This document shows positions 36,296 to 50,180 of a stretch of 64,000 bases of DNA, piece after piece. The position numbers and the translations under genes were made by a program. Numbering within the stretch: the first letter of the stretch is position 1; the number at the start of each line of letters is the position of its first letter. Origin of the DNA: Anolis carolinensis (taxonomy: Eukaryota); contig NW_026943818.1 in NCBI RefSeq assembly GCF_035594765.1, positions 34,283,559 through 34,347,558 on the forward strand, read 5' to 3'. The notes beneath the pieces were generated by a model, which ran no database searches, was not told where the DNA came from, and saw nothing but the letters and a program-made list of their open reading frames with translations.

Positions 36296-36419
36296 TTATA
36301 ATAATTATTTATTTATTTATATCCGACTCCATCTTCTGAAGGATTCAAGGCGGTTATATCCATACACATATATACACACATATACATATACACAGTGTGC
36401 ACCCATTCCCTCCCACTTC

Positions 36420-36788
36420 CACTTGAGATAGATATCTGTATGTGTGTGTTCATGATATATGTATGTATGTATGTATATGTATGTATGGTTCCCCCCCCTC
36501 CCCTTCCACTTGGTCTGGATCCAAAGGCCCGAGTCCCTTCCCCTTCCACTATAATAATAATAATAATAATAATAAGTCAAAAATCAGAAACCCCTCAAAG
36601 CACAGCAGACAAAAAAACCAGTACAAGAAAACCGCACTACAAACTAGAGCTGACAACCGGCACAACAAAACATTGCATGGAAAGTTCCTTGACAAAATTG
36701 TGTGTGTGTGTATGTATATGTATGTATGGTTCCCCCCCCTCCCCTTCCACTTGGTCCGGATCCAAAGGCCCGTCCCTCCCCCTTCCAC

Positions 36789-36855
<67 letters not shown>

Positions 36856-37277
36856 TATCCCTCCTGCTTCCACTTTAGATAGATATCTATGTGTGTGTGT
36901 GTGTGTGTGTATATACACAGTATAATTTACAATAATATATAATAATTATAACATATTGTATATACATATAATATTCATAATATTAATTATATATTACATT
37001 TTACATGTAATATTACTAATAATATTACAATATATTGATACAGCACAATAGAGTAATTTATTGCCAGTATTGTGCTATGCTAATAATATAATATTGTATG
37101 TAAATTTAATTTGTAAGCCGCTCTGAGTCCCCTTCGGGGTGAGAAGGGCGGCATATAAATGTATTAAATAGATAAAATAAATAAATATATGATATATGTA
37201 TGTATATGTATGAATGGTTCCCCTCCTCCCCTTCCACTTGGTCCGGATCCAAAGGCCCAAGTCCCTTCCCCTTCCAC

Positions 37278-37314
<37 letters not shown>

Positions 37315-37344
37315 TATCCTTCCTGCTTCCACTTGAGATAGATA

Positions 37345-37397
<53 letters not shown>

Positions 37398-37820
37398 GAT
37401 ATATGTATGTATATGTATGTATGGTTCCCCCCCTCCACTTCTATTTGGTCCGGATCCAAAGGCCCAAGACCCTTCCCCTTCCCCTATAATAATAATGATA
37501 AGTCAAAAATCAGAAACTCCTCAAAGCACAGCAGACAAAAAACCAGTACAAGAAAACCGCACTACAAACTAGAGCAGAATCAGTACAAGAAAACCGCACT
37601 ACAAACTAGAGCAGAATCAGTACAAGAAAACCGCACTACAAACTAGAGCAGAATCAGTACAAGAAAACCGCACTACAAACTAGAGCTGACAGCTGGCACA
37701 ACAAAACATTGCATGGAAAGTTCCCTGACAAAATTGTGTGTGTGTGTGTATGTATGTATGTATGGTTCCCCCCCCCCCTCCCCTTCCACTTGGTTTGGAT
37801 CCAAAGGCCTGAGTCCCTCC
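36420..37820. repeat. composite local duplications with an R4-like internal fragment and microsatellites
   Basis: KNQYKKTALQTRADSWHNKTLHGKF-like coding fragment at ~36575-36700 and ~37500-37735 (37-bp sub-array); repeated ggatccaaaggccc module. Confidence 0.6.
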
Positions 37821-38016
37821 CCGGCGCTCCGCAATCCCTCCTCCTCTCCATCCCTGGGATGCGGACGAGAACAAGGATGGCCATTTTCCGGTCCTGAGGA
37901 TTTGTGACAGCTCCGGGGACGGATTTGAGATACACACACACACACACACACAGAGCCTCTCTTTTTCTCTTTCACAAGCACACGCGTGTAGGAGCGAACA
38001 CACCGAAGCCGCAGCC

Positions 38017-38032
38017 ATGGATGTCCGAAGAG
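38017..38032 (+). CDS. candidate upstream coding mini-exon of C19orf25 (MDVRR-, phase 1), inside a CpG-rich exon starting at ~37820
   Basis: strong Kozak gcagccATGg; donor AG|GTATTT; in frame with the 40992 acceptor and the 41018 ATG. Confidence 0.45.
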
Positions 38033-38074
38033 GTATTTTTTCAAGGGTGAGGGGGAAATATCCCTTTTAGGGTC

Positions 38075-41290
<3,216 letters not shown>

Positions 41291-41438
41291 TAAAATATTT
41301 TTTGTGTTTTTCGTTAATTCTCGCAACTGTTGTTTTATGTCATTTGAAGCTGTTATCGATTCCGGTAAATTTCTCTCTATATATGTGCATTTCTCTCCAG
41401 CAATATTTGCAAGCCCTATGTATTTATGTTTATATCTA

Positions 41439-42938
41439 TCTATATATATAAAAGGGTAATGAAATTTCGGCCTAGGACATAACAACAAAACTACACATCC
41501 CAGAAACACTAAACTTGGCAGCACAACCCCTCATCCATGCCTCTACATTCATACAACAAAAAGAAAAGAAAAATAAAGTCCTAATTAGAGGGAGAGGAAT
41601 AATTGTTTTTATCCAATTGCTGCCAGTTAGAAGGCTAAGCTCCGTCAGGGGAAAACCTTTACCCTTTACCTTAACTACCACCAATACCTCAATACTTTAT
41701 TTCCCATACCACCATACTTCGCCACAGCAACGCGTGGCCGGGCACAGCTAGTATTTATATATAAAAGAGTAATGGAATCACGGCACCGGACAAAACAACT
41801 AAACTAAATGCCCCACAACCTCGAAAATTGAAAGCACAACCTCTCATCCACGCCTCTACGTTCATACAACAAAAAGAAAAGAAAAATAAAGTCCTAACCA
41901 CAGCAACACATGGCTGGGCACAGCTAGTATATTTATAAATGTAATGTGCATTTTTCCCATGGAGTAAACAACAAAACTGCTGAACCAAATCACACCAAAT
42001 TTGGTCACAAAAGACATAGTCATCCAAAATATGTCCTTCAATTAAAAAAACCTAGAAAAATAAAGTCCAAGTAACAGAAAACCCCAAATTGCTTATTGCG
42101 CATGCGCAGAGGCCCCCCGGGAATTGAAACAACTACATTACCCAGAGGACCTCATAGCTGTGCGTGGAGCCTAACGCCACTTTTAAAATACGTTGCCATG
42201 GTGGAACAGCCTTGTAGCTTCACAGCCAGGCTGCTTCCTAACCAAAGGGATCCTAAACACCAGACTACACCACAGCAATCTATATATATTTATAAATGTA
42301 ATGTGCATTTTTCCCCTGGAGTAAACAACAAAACCGCTGAACCAAATCACACCAAATTTGGTCACAAAAGACATAGTCATCCAAAATATGTCCTTCAATT
42401 AAAAAAACCTAGAAAAATAAAGTCCAAGTAACAGAAAACCCCAAATTGCTTATTGTGCATGCGCAGAGGACCCCCGGGAATTGAAACAACTACATTACCC
42501 AGAGGACCTCATAGCTGTGCGTGGAGCCTAACGCCGCTTTTAAAATACGTTGCCATGGTGGAACAGCCTTGCAGCTTCACAGCCAAGCTGCTTCCTAACC
42601 AAAGGGATCCTAAACACCAGACTACACCACAGCAATCTATATATATTTATAAATGTAATGTGCGTTTTTCCCCTGGAGTAAACAACAAAACCGCTGAACC
42701 AAATCACACCAAATTTGGTCACAAAAGACATAGTCACCCAAAATATGTCCTTCAATTAAAAAAACCCAGAAAAATAAAGTCCAAGTAACAGAAAAACCCA
42801 AATTGCTTACTGCGCATGCGCAGAGGACCCCCGGGAATTGAAACAACATTACCCAGCTTCACAGGCAGGCTGCTTCCTAACCAAAGGGATCCTAACCACC
42901 AGACTACACCACGGCAACGCATGGCCGGGCAGAGCTAG
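41439..42938 (+). mobile_element. cluster of non-autonomous Helitrons with a 357-bp internal tandem duplication
   Basis: 5' TCTATATATATAAAAG; 3' hairpin+CTAG ends at 41751, 41927 and 42938; 357-bp period (42096/42453). Confidence 0.75.
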
Positions 42939-42943
42939 TAAAC

Positions 42944-42974
<31 letters not shown>

Positions 42975-43073
42975 GCACTCAAAGGACCAAATGAAAGGCA
43001 TGAGCCCTGTGTGTTGTGCCCTCGCTCTTCTGGAGAGTAAGTAAGTGACCACTTCTCTCTCTCTGCCCCACAG

Positions 43074-43270
43074 ACCTGCCCACTCCGGTCAAAAACGAGG
43101 ACCCCGAAGCCAAGCGGGAGCGCCTCTACCGCCTGACCCAGTCCTACGTGGAGATGAACCACCGCCTGCAGAAGGCCTGCAGCCTCCTGAAGGAGAAGTG
43201 CGAGGAGCTCAAACTGGCCGGGGCCACCTTGGAGCAAGGCATCCTGGAGATGAAGCAGAGGGCCTTGTGA
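43074..43270 (+). CDS. C19orf25: C19orf25 last coding exon (DLPTPVKNEDPEAKRERLYRLTQSYVEMNHRLQKACSLLKEKCEELKLAGATLEQGILEMKQRAL*); protein 111 aa
   Basis: acceptor ccacag|ac; manual translation gives the conserved coiled-coil; TGA at 43268-43270. Confidence 0.9.
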
Positions 43271-43597
43271 GGCACACGACTCGTTCTTCCTTTCGCGGGG
43301 GGCTGGGGAGGGGGCCGGGGAGGGGGAATCAAAGACTCTCCCCTTGCCACGAAAACCCAGAAGCATCCTCTTCCTTTCTGCAACAAAAACAAAAAGACTC
43401 GCCGGCCTGCAACGTGATCGATTCCAGCATGCCTCTGCCACCGCCGCCGCTTCTTCTTCTTCCTCGACGCCGCTGCCATCTTGTGTTTTAGGTCCCGTGA
43501 ATGTGTGCCGACCGTAGGCCGCTAGGTCCCGCCACTCCCTTCCGCCGTCTGCTTTCCGATCTCGTGCGCTTTGTATAAGTCGGGGTAGAACTGGGGG

Positions 43598-44455
43598 GTG
43601 GGGGCTCGTCCGGGATTCTTCGTTCAGTCGTCGTATGTGTTTCGTTCCGGAGAACTGGACTCTGAGGGCCAAGAGGTGGGAAAAGGAGACGGGTATAGCC
43701 ATTTGGGTGGGTGGGTAGAGTGTCCCGTCGACGGGAGGCTTTGCAATGACCTCTCTCCCTCCGCCCCGTTATGGGGGCTCGTCCGGGATTCTTTCTTCAG
43801 TCATCGTATGTGTTTCATTCCAGAAAACTGGACTCTGAGTTTCGTTCCAGAAAACTGGACTCTGAGGTAGGGAAAGGAGAGGGGTATAGCCATTTGGGTG
43901 GGTGGGTAGAGTGTCCCATTGACAGGAGGCTTTGCAATGACCTCTACACCCCATTAGGTTGGGGGCTCGTCCGGGATTCTTTGTTCAGTCATTGTATGTG
44001 TTTCGTTCCAGAAAACTGGACTCTGAGGTGGGGAAAGGAGAAGGGTATAGCCATTTGGGTGGGTGGGTAGAGTGTCCCATTGACAGGAGGCTTTGCAATG
44101 ACTTCTACACCCCATTAGGTTGGGGGCTCGTCCGGGATGCTTTCTTCAGTCATTGTATGTGTTTCATTCCGGAGAACTGGACTCTGAGGGCCAAGAGGTG
44201 GGAAACGGAGACAGGTATAGCCATTTGGGTGGGTGGGTAGAGTGTCCCGTCGACAGGAGGCTTTGCAATGACCTCTACACCCCATTAGGCTGGGGGCTCG
44301 TCCGGGATTCTTTGTTCAGTCATTGTATGTGTTTCGTTCCGGAGAACTGGACTCTGAGGGCCAAGAGGTGGGAAACGGAGACGGGTATAGCCATTTGGGT
44401 GGGTGGGTAGAGTGTCCCGTCGACAGGAATGACCTCTCTCCCTCCGCCCCGTTAC
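43598..44455 (+). repeat. five ~160-190-bp tandem units; the first four end in copies of the TIR ORF start context and the last runs into the ORF
   Basis: gggggctcgtccggg at ~43600, 43773, 43961, 44122, 44292; aatgacctct(ctccctccgccccgtta) at the unit ends. Confidence 0.9.
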
Positions 44456-44857
44456 GATTTCTCCCTCTGGTACTCCCCGGAGGACGAGAACATCGCCGCC
44501 GCCGTGGCCGGGATCCTCCGGGAGCACGGCTTCCGCGGATACGTGGAGCACCAAGACGCCGTGGCCGGGAGGCCGGTCCTCGCCTCGGCCGACGAGGGCA
44601 TCCGCTCCAGCCGGGTGGCCCTCCTCCTCCTGAGCCCCCGCTCCTTGGGCGACCGCTGGTGCCGGCGGGTGGCCGAGCTGACCCTGCTCCACGCCGTCCA
44701 CCAAGAGGAAGCCAAGGTCGTCCCGGTGTACGTGGGCGTCCGGCCGGAGGAGGCCCCGCCGTCCCTGAGGCTCTTAACTGGACTGGAATACGGCCAGCGG
44801 TTTTTCAAGCAGAGGCTCCTCCGATGCCTGGAAGCGAGTTGTAAAGGACGCCGCTAA
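44429..44857 (+). CDS. intronless stand-alone TIR-domain protein (TIRAP/MAL-like), 142 aa
   Basis: TIR motifs YDFSLWYSPED, GFRGYVEHQDAVAG (BB loop), SRVALLLLSPRSLGDRWC, KVVPVYVGV..PPSLR; GC3-rich coding-like composition; ATTAAA at 44931. Confidence 0.8.
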   Translation: MTSLPPPRYDFSLWYSPEDENIAAAVAGILREHGFRGYVEHQDAVAGRPVLASADEGIRSSRVALLLLSPRSLGDRWCRRVAELTLLHAVHQEEAKVVPVYVGVRPEEAPPSLRLLTGLEYGQRFFKQRLLRCLEASCKGRR

Positions 44858-44979
44858 GATCGGATCCGCTTGGTCTCTGTGGGTTTGGTGAATGTCTGGA
44901 GGCTGGTTGTTTTAATTTAAGGAAACCCTTATTAAAGAGCAGGTTTTGGACAACGCTCGGTTGTGGGTGGAATCCTTCC

Positions 44980-46075
44980 TTTTAGGACTAAAGGGCGGGG
45001 CTAGGGGTGGGGGCGGGTCCTCTTCCGAAGAGCATGAGACAGGGCTGAGCCTCTATACTTCTCCTGAGAGGCCTTTTAGGACTAAAAGGCGGGGCTAGGG
45101 GTGGGGGCGGGTCCTCTTCCGAAGAGCATGAGACAGGGCTGAGCCTCTATACTTCTCCTGAGAGGCCTTTTAGGACTAAAAGGCGGGGCTAGGGGTGGGG
45201 GCGGGGCCTCTTCCGAAGAGCATGAGACAGGGCTGAGCCTCTATACTTCTCCTGAGAGGCCTTTTAGGACTAAAAGGCGGGGCTAGGGGTGGGGGCGGGG
45301 CCTCCTTCCAAGAGCCTGAGACAGGGCTGAGCCTCTATACTTCTGAGAGGCCTTTTAGGACTAAAAGGCGGGGCTAGGGGTGGGGGCGGGGCCTCTTCCC
45401 AAGAGCCTGAGACAGGGCTGAGCCTCTATATTTCTCCCGAGAGGCCTTTTAGGACTAAAGGGCGGGGCTAGGGAAGGGGGCGGGGCCTCCTTCCAAGAGC
45501 CTGAGACAGGGCTGAGCCTCTATATTTCTCCCGAGAGGCCTTTTAGGACGAAAGGGTGGGGCTGGGGGTGGGGGCGGGGCCTCCTTCCAAGAGCCTGAGA
45601 CAGGGCTGAGCCTCTATATTTCTCCTGAGAGGCCTTTTAGGACTAAAGGGCGGGGCTGGGGTGGGGGCGGGGCCTCTTCCCAAGAGCCTGAGACAGGGCT
45701 GAGCCTCTATACTTCTCCTGAGAGGCCTTTTAGGACTAAAGGGCGGGGCTAGGGAAGGGGGCGGGGCCTCCTTCCAAGAGCATGAGATAGGGCTGAGCCT
45801 CTATATTTCTCCTGAGAGGCCTTTTAGGACTAAAAGGCGGGGCTAGAGGTGGGGCCGGGGCCTCTTTCCAAGAGCACGAGACAGGGCTGAGAATCTATAC
45901 CTCCCCTGAGGCACTTGTTATAACATGGGGGTGGGGTATAGAAGCCCCGCCCCCTCCTCTAGCCCCGCCCCCTGTGTCCTGGCAGGAACTACAGGACAGG
46001 GATAGATGCTCAGCCCTATCTCAGAGCTCGTAACTCCGCCCATCCCAGTCCTGGCCGCCAATTTGTGGCGGCCCG
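44980..46075. repeat. 94-bp GC-box minisatellite (~10 units) plus unique flank; inverted relative of 2530-3300
   Basis: unit ttttaggactaaagggcggggctaggggtgggggcggggcctcttcccaagagcctgagacagggctgagcctctatacttctcctgagaggcc; period 45041/45135. Confidence 0.92.
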
Positions 46076-46359
46076 TTTACGTTGGATAAGCGAGACTCTA
46101 CTGTATTTATTTATTTAATACATTTATAATCCCGCCCTTCTCAGAGCGGCTTACAAATTAAATTTACATACAATATCATATTATTAGCAATAAAATTACC
46201 ATATTGTACTATATCTATATATTGTAATATTATTAGTAATATTGCATGTAATGTATAATTAATATTATTATATTGCATTATTAGTATTATATTGTATTAC
46301 AAAATAATATTATTAATATATGTATATACAATATATTATAATATTATAGTAAATTATAT

Positions 46360-46840
46360 TGTCTCACTTATCCAACGTAAACAGGCCAGCAGAACGTTGG
46401 ATAAGCGAATATGTTGGATAATAAAGAGAGATCAAGGAAAAGTCTATTAAACATAAAATTATGTTATGATTTTACAAATTAAGCACAAAAACATTGTTAT
46501 ACCACAAATTTGACAGAAAAAGTAGTTCAATACACAGTAATGCTATGTAGTAATTACTGTATTTACGAATTTAGCACCAAAATATCACGATGTATTGAAA
46601 ACATTGACTACAAAAATTATTGGATAATCCAGAACATTGGATTAGCGAGTGTTGGATAAATGAGACTTTACTGGAATAAGATCAGAGTGAAATAATAAAT
46701 GTATTAATAATAATAAAAATAAAATAATAATAATAATAGAGTAAAATAAATGTAATAGCAACAATAATAGAAAACAAAAATGCGTTGGATAATCCAGAAT
46801 GTTGGATAAGCAAGTGTTGGATAAGTGAGACTCTACTGTA
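46360..46840. mobile_element. rearranged Tc1/mariner MITE copies; further partial copies at 50440-50712 and 58675-59182
   Basis: gtctcacttatccaac...gttggataagtgagactctactgta with internal AT-rich insertion. Confidence 0.7.
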
Positions 46841-46869
46841 TTGTAATATTATTAGTAATATGACATGTA

Positions 46870-46900
<31 letters not shown>

Positions 46901-47499
46901 GCATTATTAGTATTATATTGTATTACAAAATCATATTAATATAGTTATATACAATATATTATAATATTATAGTAAATTATATTGTATGTATATATATATA
47001 AACATAAAATCATAAAACATATAATACATTAAAACATACTCAAGCAATAGCTACGAGTCAGGCTCAGTGAACAGCCCAGCAGGGAGGAAGCAGCCAGGCT
47101 TCGAAGCTGCAAGGCTATTCAATGCTAATCAAGGTGATTTATTGCAATATTAACACTTGCCTCCAACAGACAAGAGTCCTACCCAGAGATATATAAACCC
47201 CACTTGCCTGGTTTCCAACAGGCCTCACAACCTCTGAGGATGCCTGCCATAGTTGTGGGCGAAACGTCAGGAGAGAGTGCTTCTGGAGACATGGAAAATT
47301 CGCAGCAACCCTGTGACTGCTTTCGACAGTATGTTGCCAAATTGTGGAATTAGGAATGGTGGGAGTTGGAGTCCAAAATACCTGGAGGGCCCAAGTTTGC
47401 CCAGGCCTTTGTTTACATATTGCTATTTCGATCAGGCGTTCGTCTTGGACAGCCTCCACATTGTTTACATGTTGTGATTTCGATCAGGCGTTCGCCTAG

Positions 47500-47975
47500 G
47501 ACAGGCTCCACATCTTGGGCCTGTCTCAAAAAAAAATGGCGTCGAGGACCTCACTTCGGCCTTTGTTTCCTTTGGCTGGGTTTTGCCTTTGAGCAAAATG
47601 GTGGCTTAGAGGCACTTCCGCCAGGCGCTCTGTGTTTCTTTAATGCGCATGCGCATCGCCACTCCCGGCTTTGTATATAGACCAGGTGGGATGTTGGTAT
47701 GTGTTCCAGCGCATGCGCGATTATTCTTTTCCCGCCTCCTCGCCCTTTCAGAGAGGAGGGTTAGGTTTGCGTATGAGTGCGCATGCGCATTATCTAATCT
47801 CCCTCTTCACTGCCCTTAGTGGCAATGGCGACAAGCAACGGCGAAGGTGTTAACATCCACTGCAGCGCATGCGCAGTCCCCGCGCTGACTCCTTTCTCCT
47901 GCCCATAGCCAGCATGGCGGCGGCCTGAGGTAAAGGGAAGCGACCCGCTGAGGCGGAGAAAGCGGCGGTTGAGGG
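47500..47975 (+). promoter_or_regulatory. REXO1 CpG-island promoter/5'UTR with four NRF1 palindromes and YY1/ETS motifs
   Basis: gcgcatgcgc at ~47645, 47709, 47779, 47865; aaaatggcg ~47533; catggcggc ~47913; cacttccg ~47613. Confidence 0.7.
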
Positions 47976-48120
47976 ATGCTCCGCTCCAGCGGTTTCTTCC
48001 GCGGCGTCGAGTGCCCCTTCGGGCCGGCCTGCGGGAGGCCTTACTGCCACTTTCGGCACCCGGCGGGCCCGCCTCAAGCCGCCGCCCCGCCAACGGCGAC
48101 TCTCCCGCGGCGCCGCCGAG
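47976..48120 (+). CDS. REXO1: REXO1 coding exon 1 (MLRSSGFFRGVECPFGPACGRPYCHFRH...)
   Basis: matches REXO1 N-terminal MLRSxGFFR and C..RPYCHFRH; phase-1 donor G|GTAACG. Confidence 0.93.
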
Positions 48121-48139
48121 GTAACGGGGCCTATTCGGG

Positions 48140-50180
48140 GCAGTGCGCATGCGCAGAGGCGCTTCCAGGTTGGAGAAGGGGGGTGGGCCTTGCCTTTAGC
48201 CAAAGGCACTCTGTACGTGCTCAGAGGTGCTTTGGAGAGGCCTCTGGTGAGCCAAGGCACTCTGTACATGCTCAGAAGCACCTCCAGGGTGGAGAAGTTG
48301 GGAAAATAGACCTTGTTTTGAGTGAAGGGTACTCTGCACATGCTCAGGAGCCCTTCCAGGGTGGAGAGGAAGGGAAAATAGACCTTGTTTTGAGTGACAG
48401 GCACTCTGCACATGCTCAGAAGCACCTCCAGGGTGGAGAGGAAGGGAAAATAGGCCTTGTTTTCAGTGAAAGGCACTCTGCACATGCTCAGAAGCACCTC
48501 CAGGGTGGAGAGGAAGGGAAAATAGGCCTTGTTTTCAGTGAAAGGCACTCTGCACATGCTCAGAAGCACCTCCAGGGTGGAAAGGAAGGGGAAATAGACC
48601 TTGTTTTGAGTGACAGGCACTCTGCACATGCTCAGAAGCATCTCCAGGGTGGAGAGGAAGGGAAAATAGACCTTGTTTTCAGTGAAAGGCACTCTGTACA
48701 TGCTCAGAAGCACCTCCAGAGTGGAGAGGAAGGGGAAATAGACCTTGTTTTGAGTGACAGGCACTCTGCACATGCTCAGAAGCACCTCCAGGGTGGAGAG
48801 GAAGGGAAAATAGACCTTGTTTTCAGTGAAAGGCACTCTGCACATGCTCAGAAGCACCTCCAGGGTGGAAAGGAAGGGGAAATAGACCTTGTTTTGAGTG
48901 ACAGGCACTCTGCACATGCTCAGAAGCATCTCCAGGGTGGAGAGGAAGGGAAAATAGACCTTGTTTTCAGTGAAAGGCACTCTGTACATGCTCAGAAGCA
49001 CCTCCAGAGTGGAGAGGAAGGGGAAATAGACCTTGTTTTGAGTGACAGGCACTCTGCACATGCTCAGAAGCACCTCCAGGGTGGAGAGGAAGGGAAAATA
49101 GACCTTGTTTTCAGTGAAAGGCACTCTGCACATGCTCAGAAGCACCTCCAGGGTGGAAAGGAAGGGGAAATAGACCTTGTTTTGAGTGACAGGCACTCTG
49201 CACATGCTCAGAAGCACCTCCAGGGTGGAGAGGAAGGGAAAATAGACCTTGTTTTCAGTGAAAGGCACTCTGCACATGCTCAGAAGCACCTCCAGGGTGG
49301 AGAGGAAGGGAAAATAGACCTTGTTTTGAGTGACAGGCACTCTGCACATGCTCAGAAGCATCTCCAGGGTGGAGAGGAAGGGAAAATAGGCCTTGTTTTC
49401 AGTGAAAGGCACTCTGCACATGCTCAGAAGCACCTCCAGGGTGGAGAGGAAGGGAAAATAGACCTTGTTTTGAGTGACAGGCATTCTGCACATGCTCAGA
49501 AGCACCTCCAGGGTGGAGAGGAAGGGAAAATAGACCTTGTTTTGAGTGACAGGCACTCTGCACATGCTCAGAAGCATCTCCAGGGTGGAGAGGAAGGGAA
49601 AATAGGCCTTGTTTTCAGTGAAAGGCACTCTGCACATGCTCAGAAGCACCTCCAGGGTGGAAAGGAAGGGGAAATAGACCTTGTTTTGAGTGACAGGCAC
49701 TCTGCACATGCTCAGAAGCACCTCCAGGGTGGAGAGGAAGGGAAAATAGACCTTGTTTTCAGTGAAAGGCACTCTGTACATGCTCAGAAGCACCTCCAGA
49801 GTGGAGAGGAAGGGGAAATAGATCTTGTTTTGAGTGACAGGCACTCTGCACATGCTCAGAAGCACCTCCAGGGTGGAGAGGAAGGGAAAATAGGCCTTGT
49901 TTTCAGTGAAAGGCACTCTGCACATGCTCAGAAGCACCTCCAGGGTGGAGAGGAAGGGAAAATAGACCTTGTTTTCAGTGAAAGGCACTCTGCACATGCT
50001 CAGAAGCACCTCCAGGGTGGAGAGGAAGGGAAAATAGACCTTGTTTTCAGTGACAGGCACTCTGCACATGCTCAGAAGCACCTCCAGGGTGGAAAGGTTG
50101 GGAAGATTGTATGATTCTATGATTCTAGATGAGCCTTGTTTACAGTGAAAGGCACTCTGCACATGCTCAGAGGTACTTTG
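48140..50180. repeat. 72-bp minisatellite (~27 copies) at the start of REXO1 intron 1; degenerate copies at 50220-50290 and 50755-51200
   Basis: unit aggcactctgcacatgctcagaagcacctccagggtggagaggaagggaaaatagaccttgttttcagtgaa; 24-aa periodicity. Confidence 0.97.

Noticed and set aside
44429-44857. Bacterial (Thoeris-type) or horizontally acquired TIR NADase
   Set aside because: Motifs look like animal TIRAP, the WCxxE glutamate is absent, composition matches neighbouring exons, and there is no prokaryotic context
47850-50162. 770-aa antisense ORF
   Set aside because: Reverse reading of the 72-bp array; no independent promoter or homology evidence
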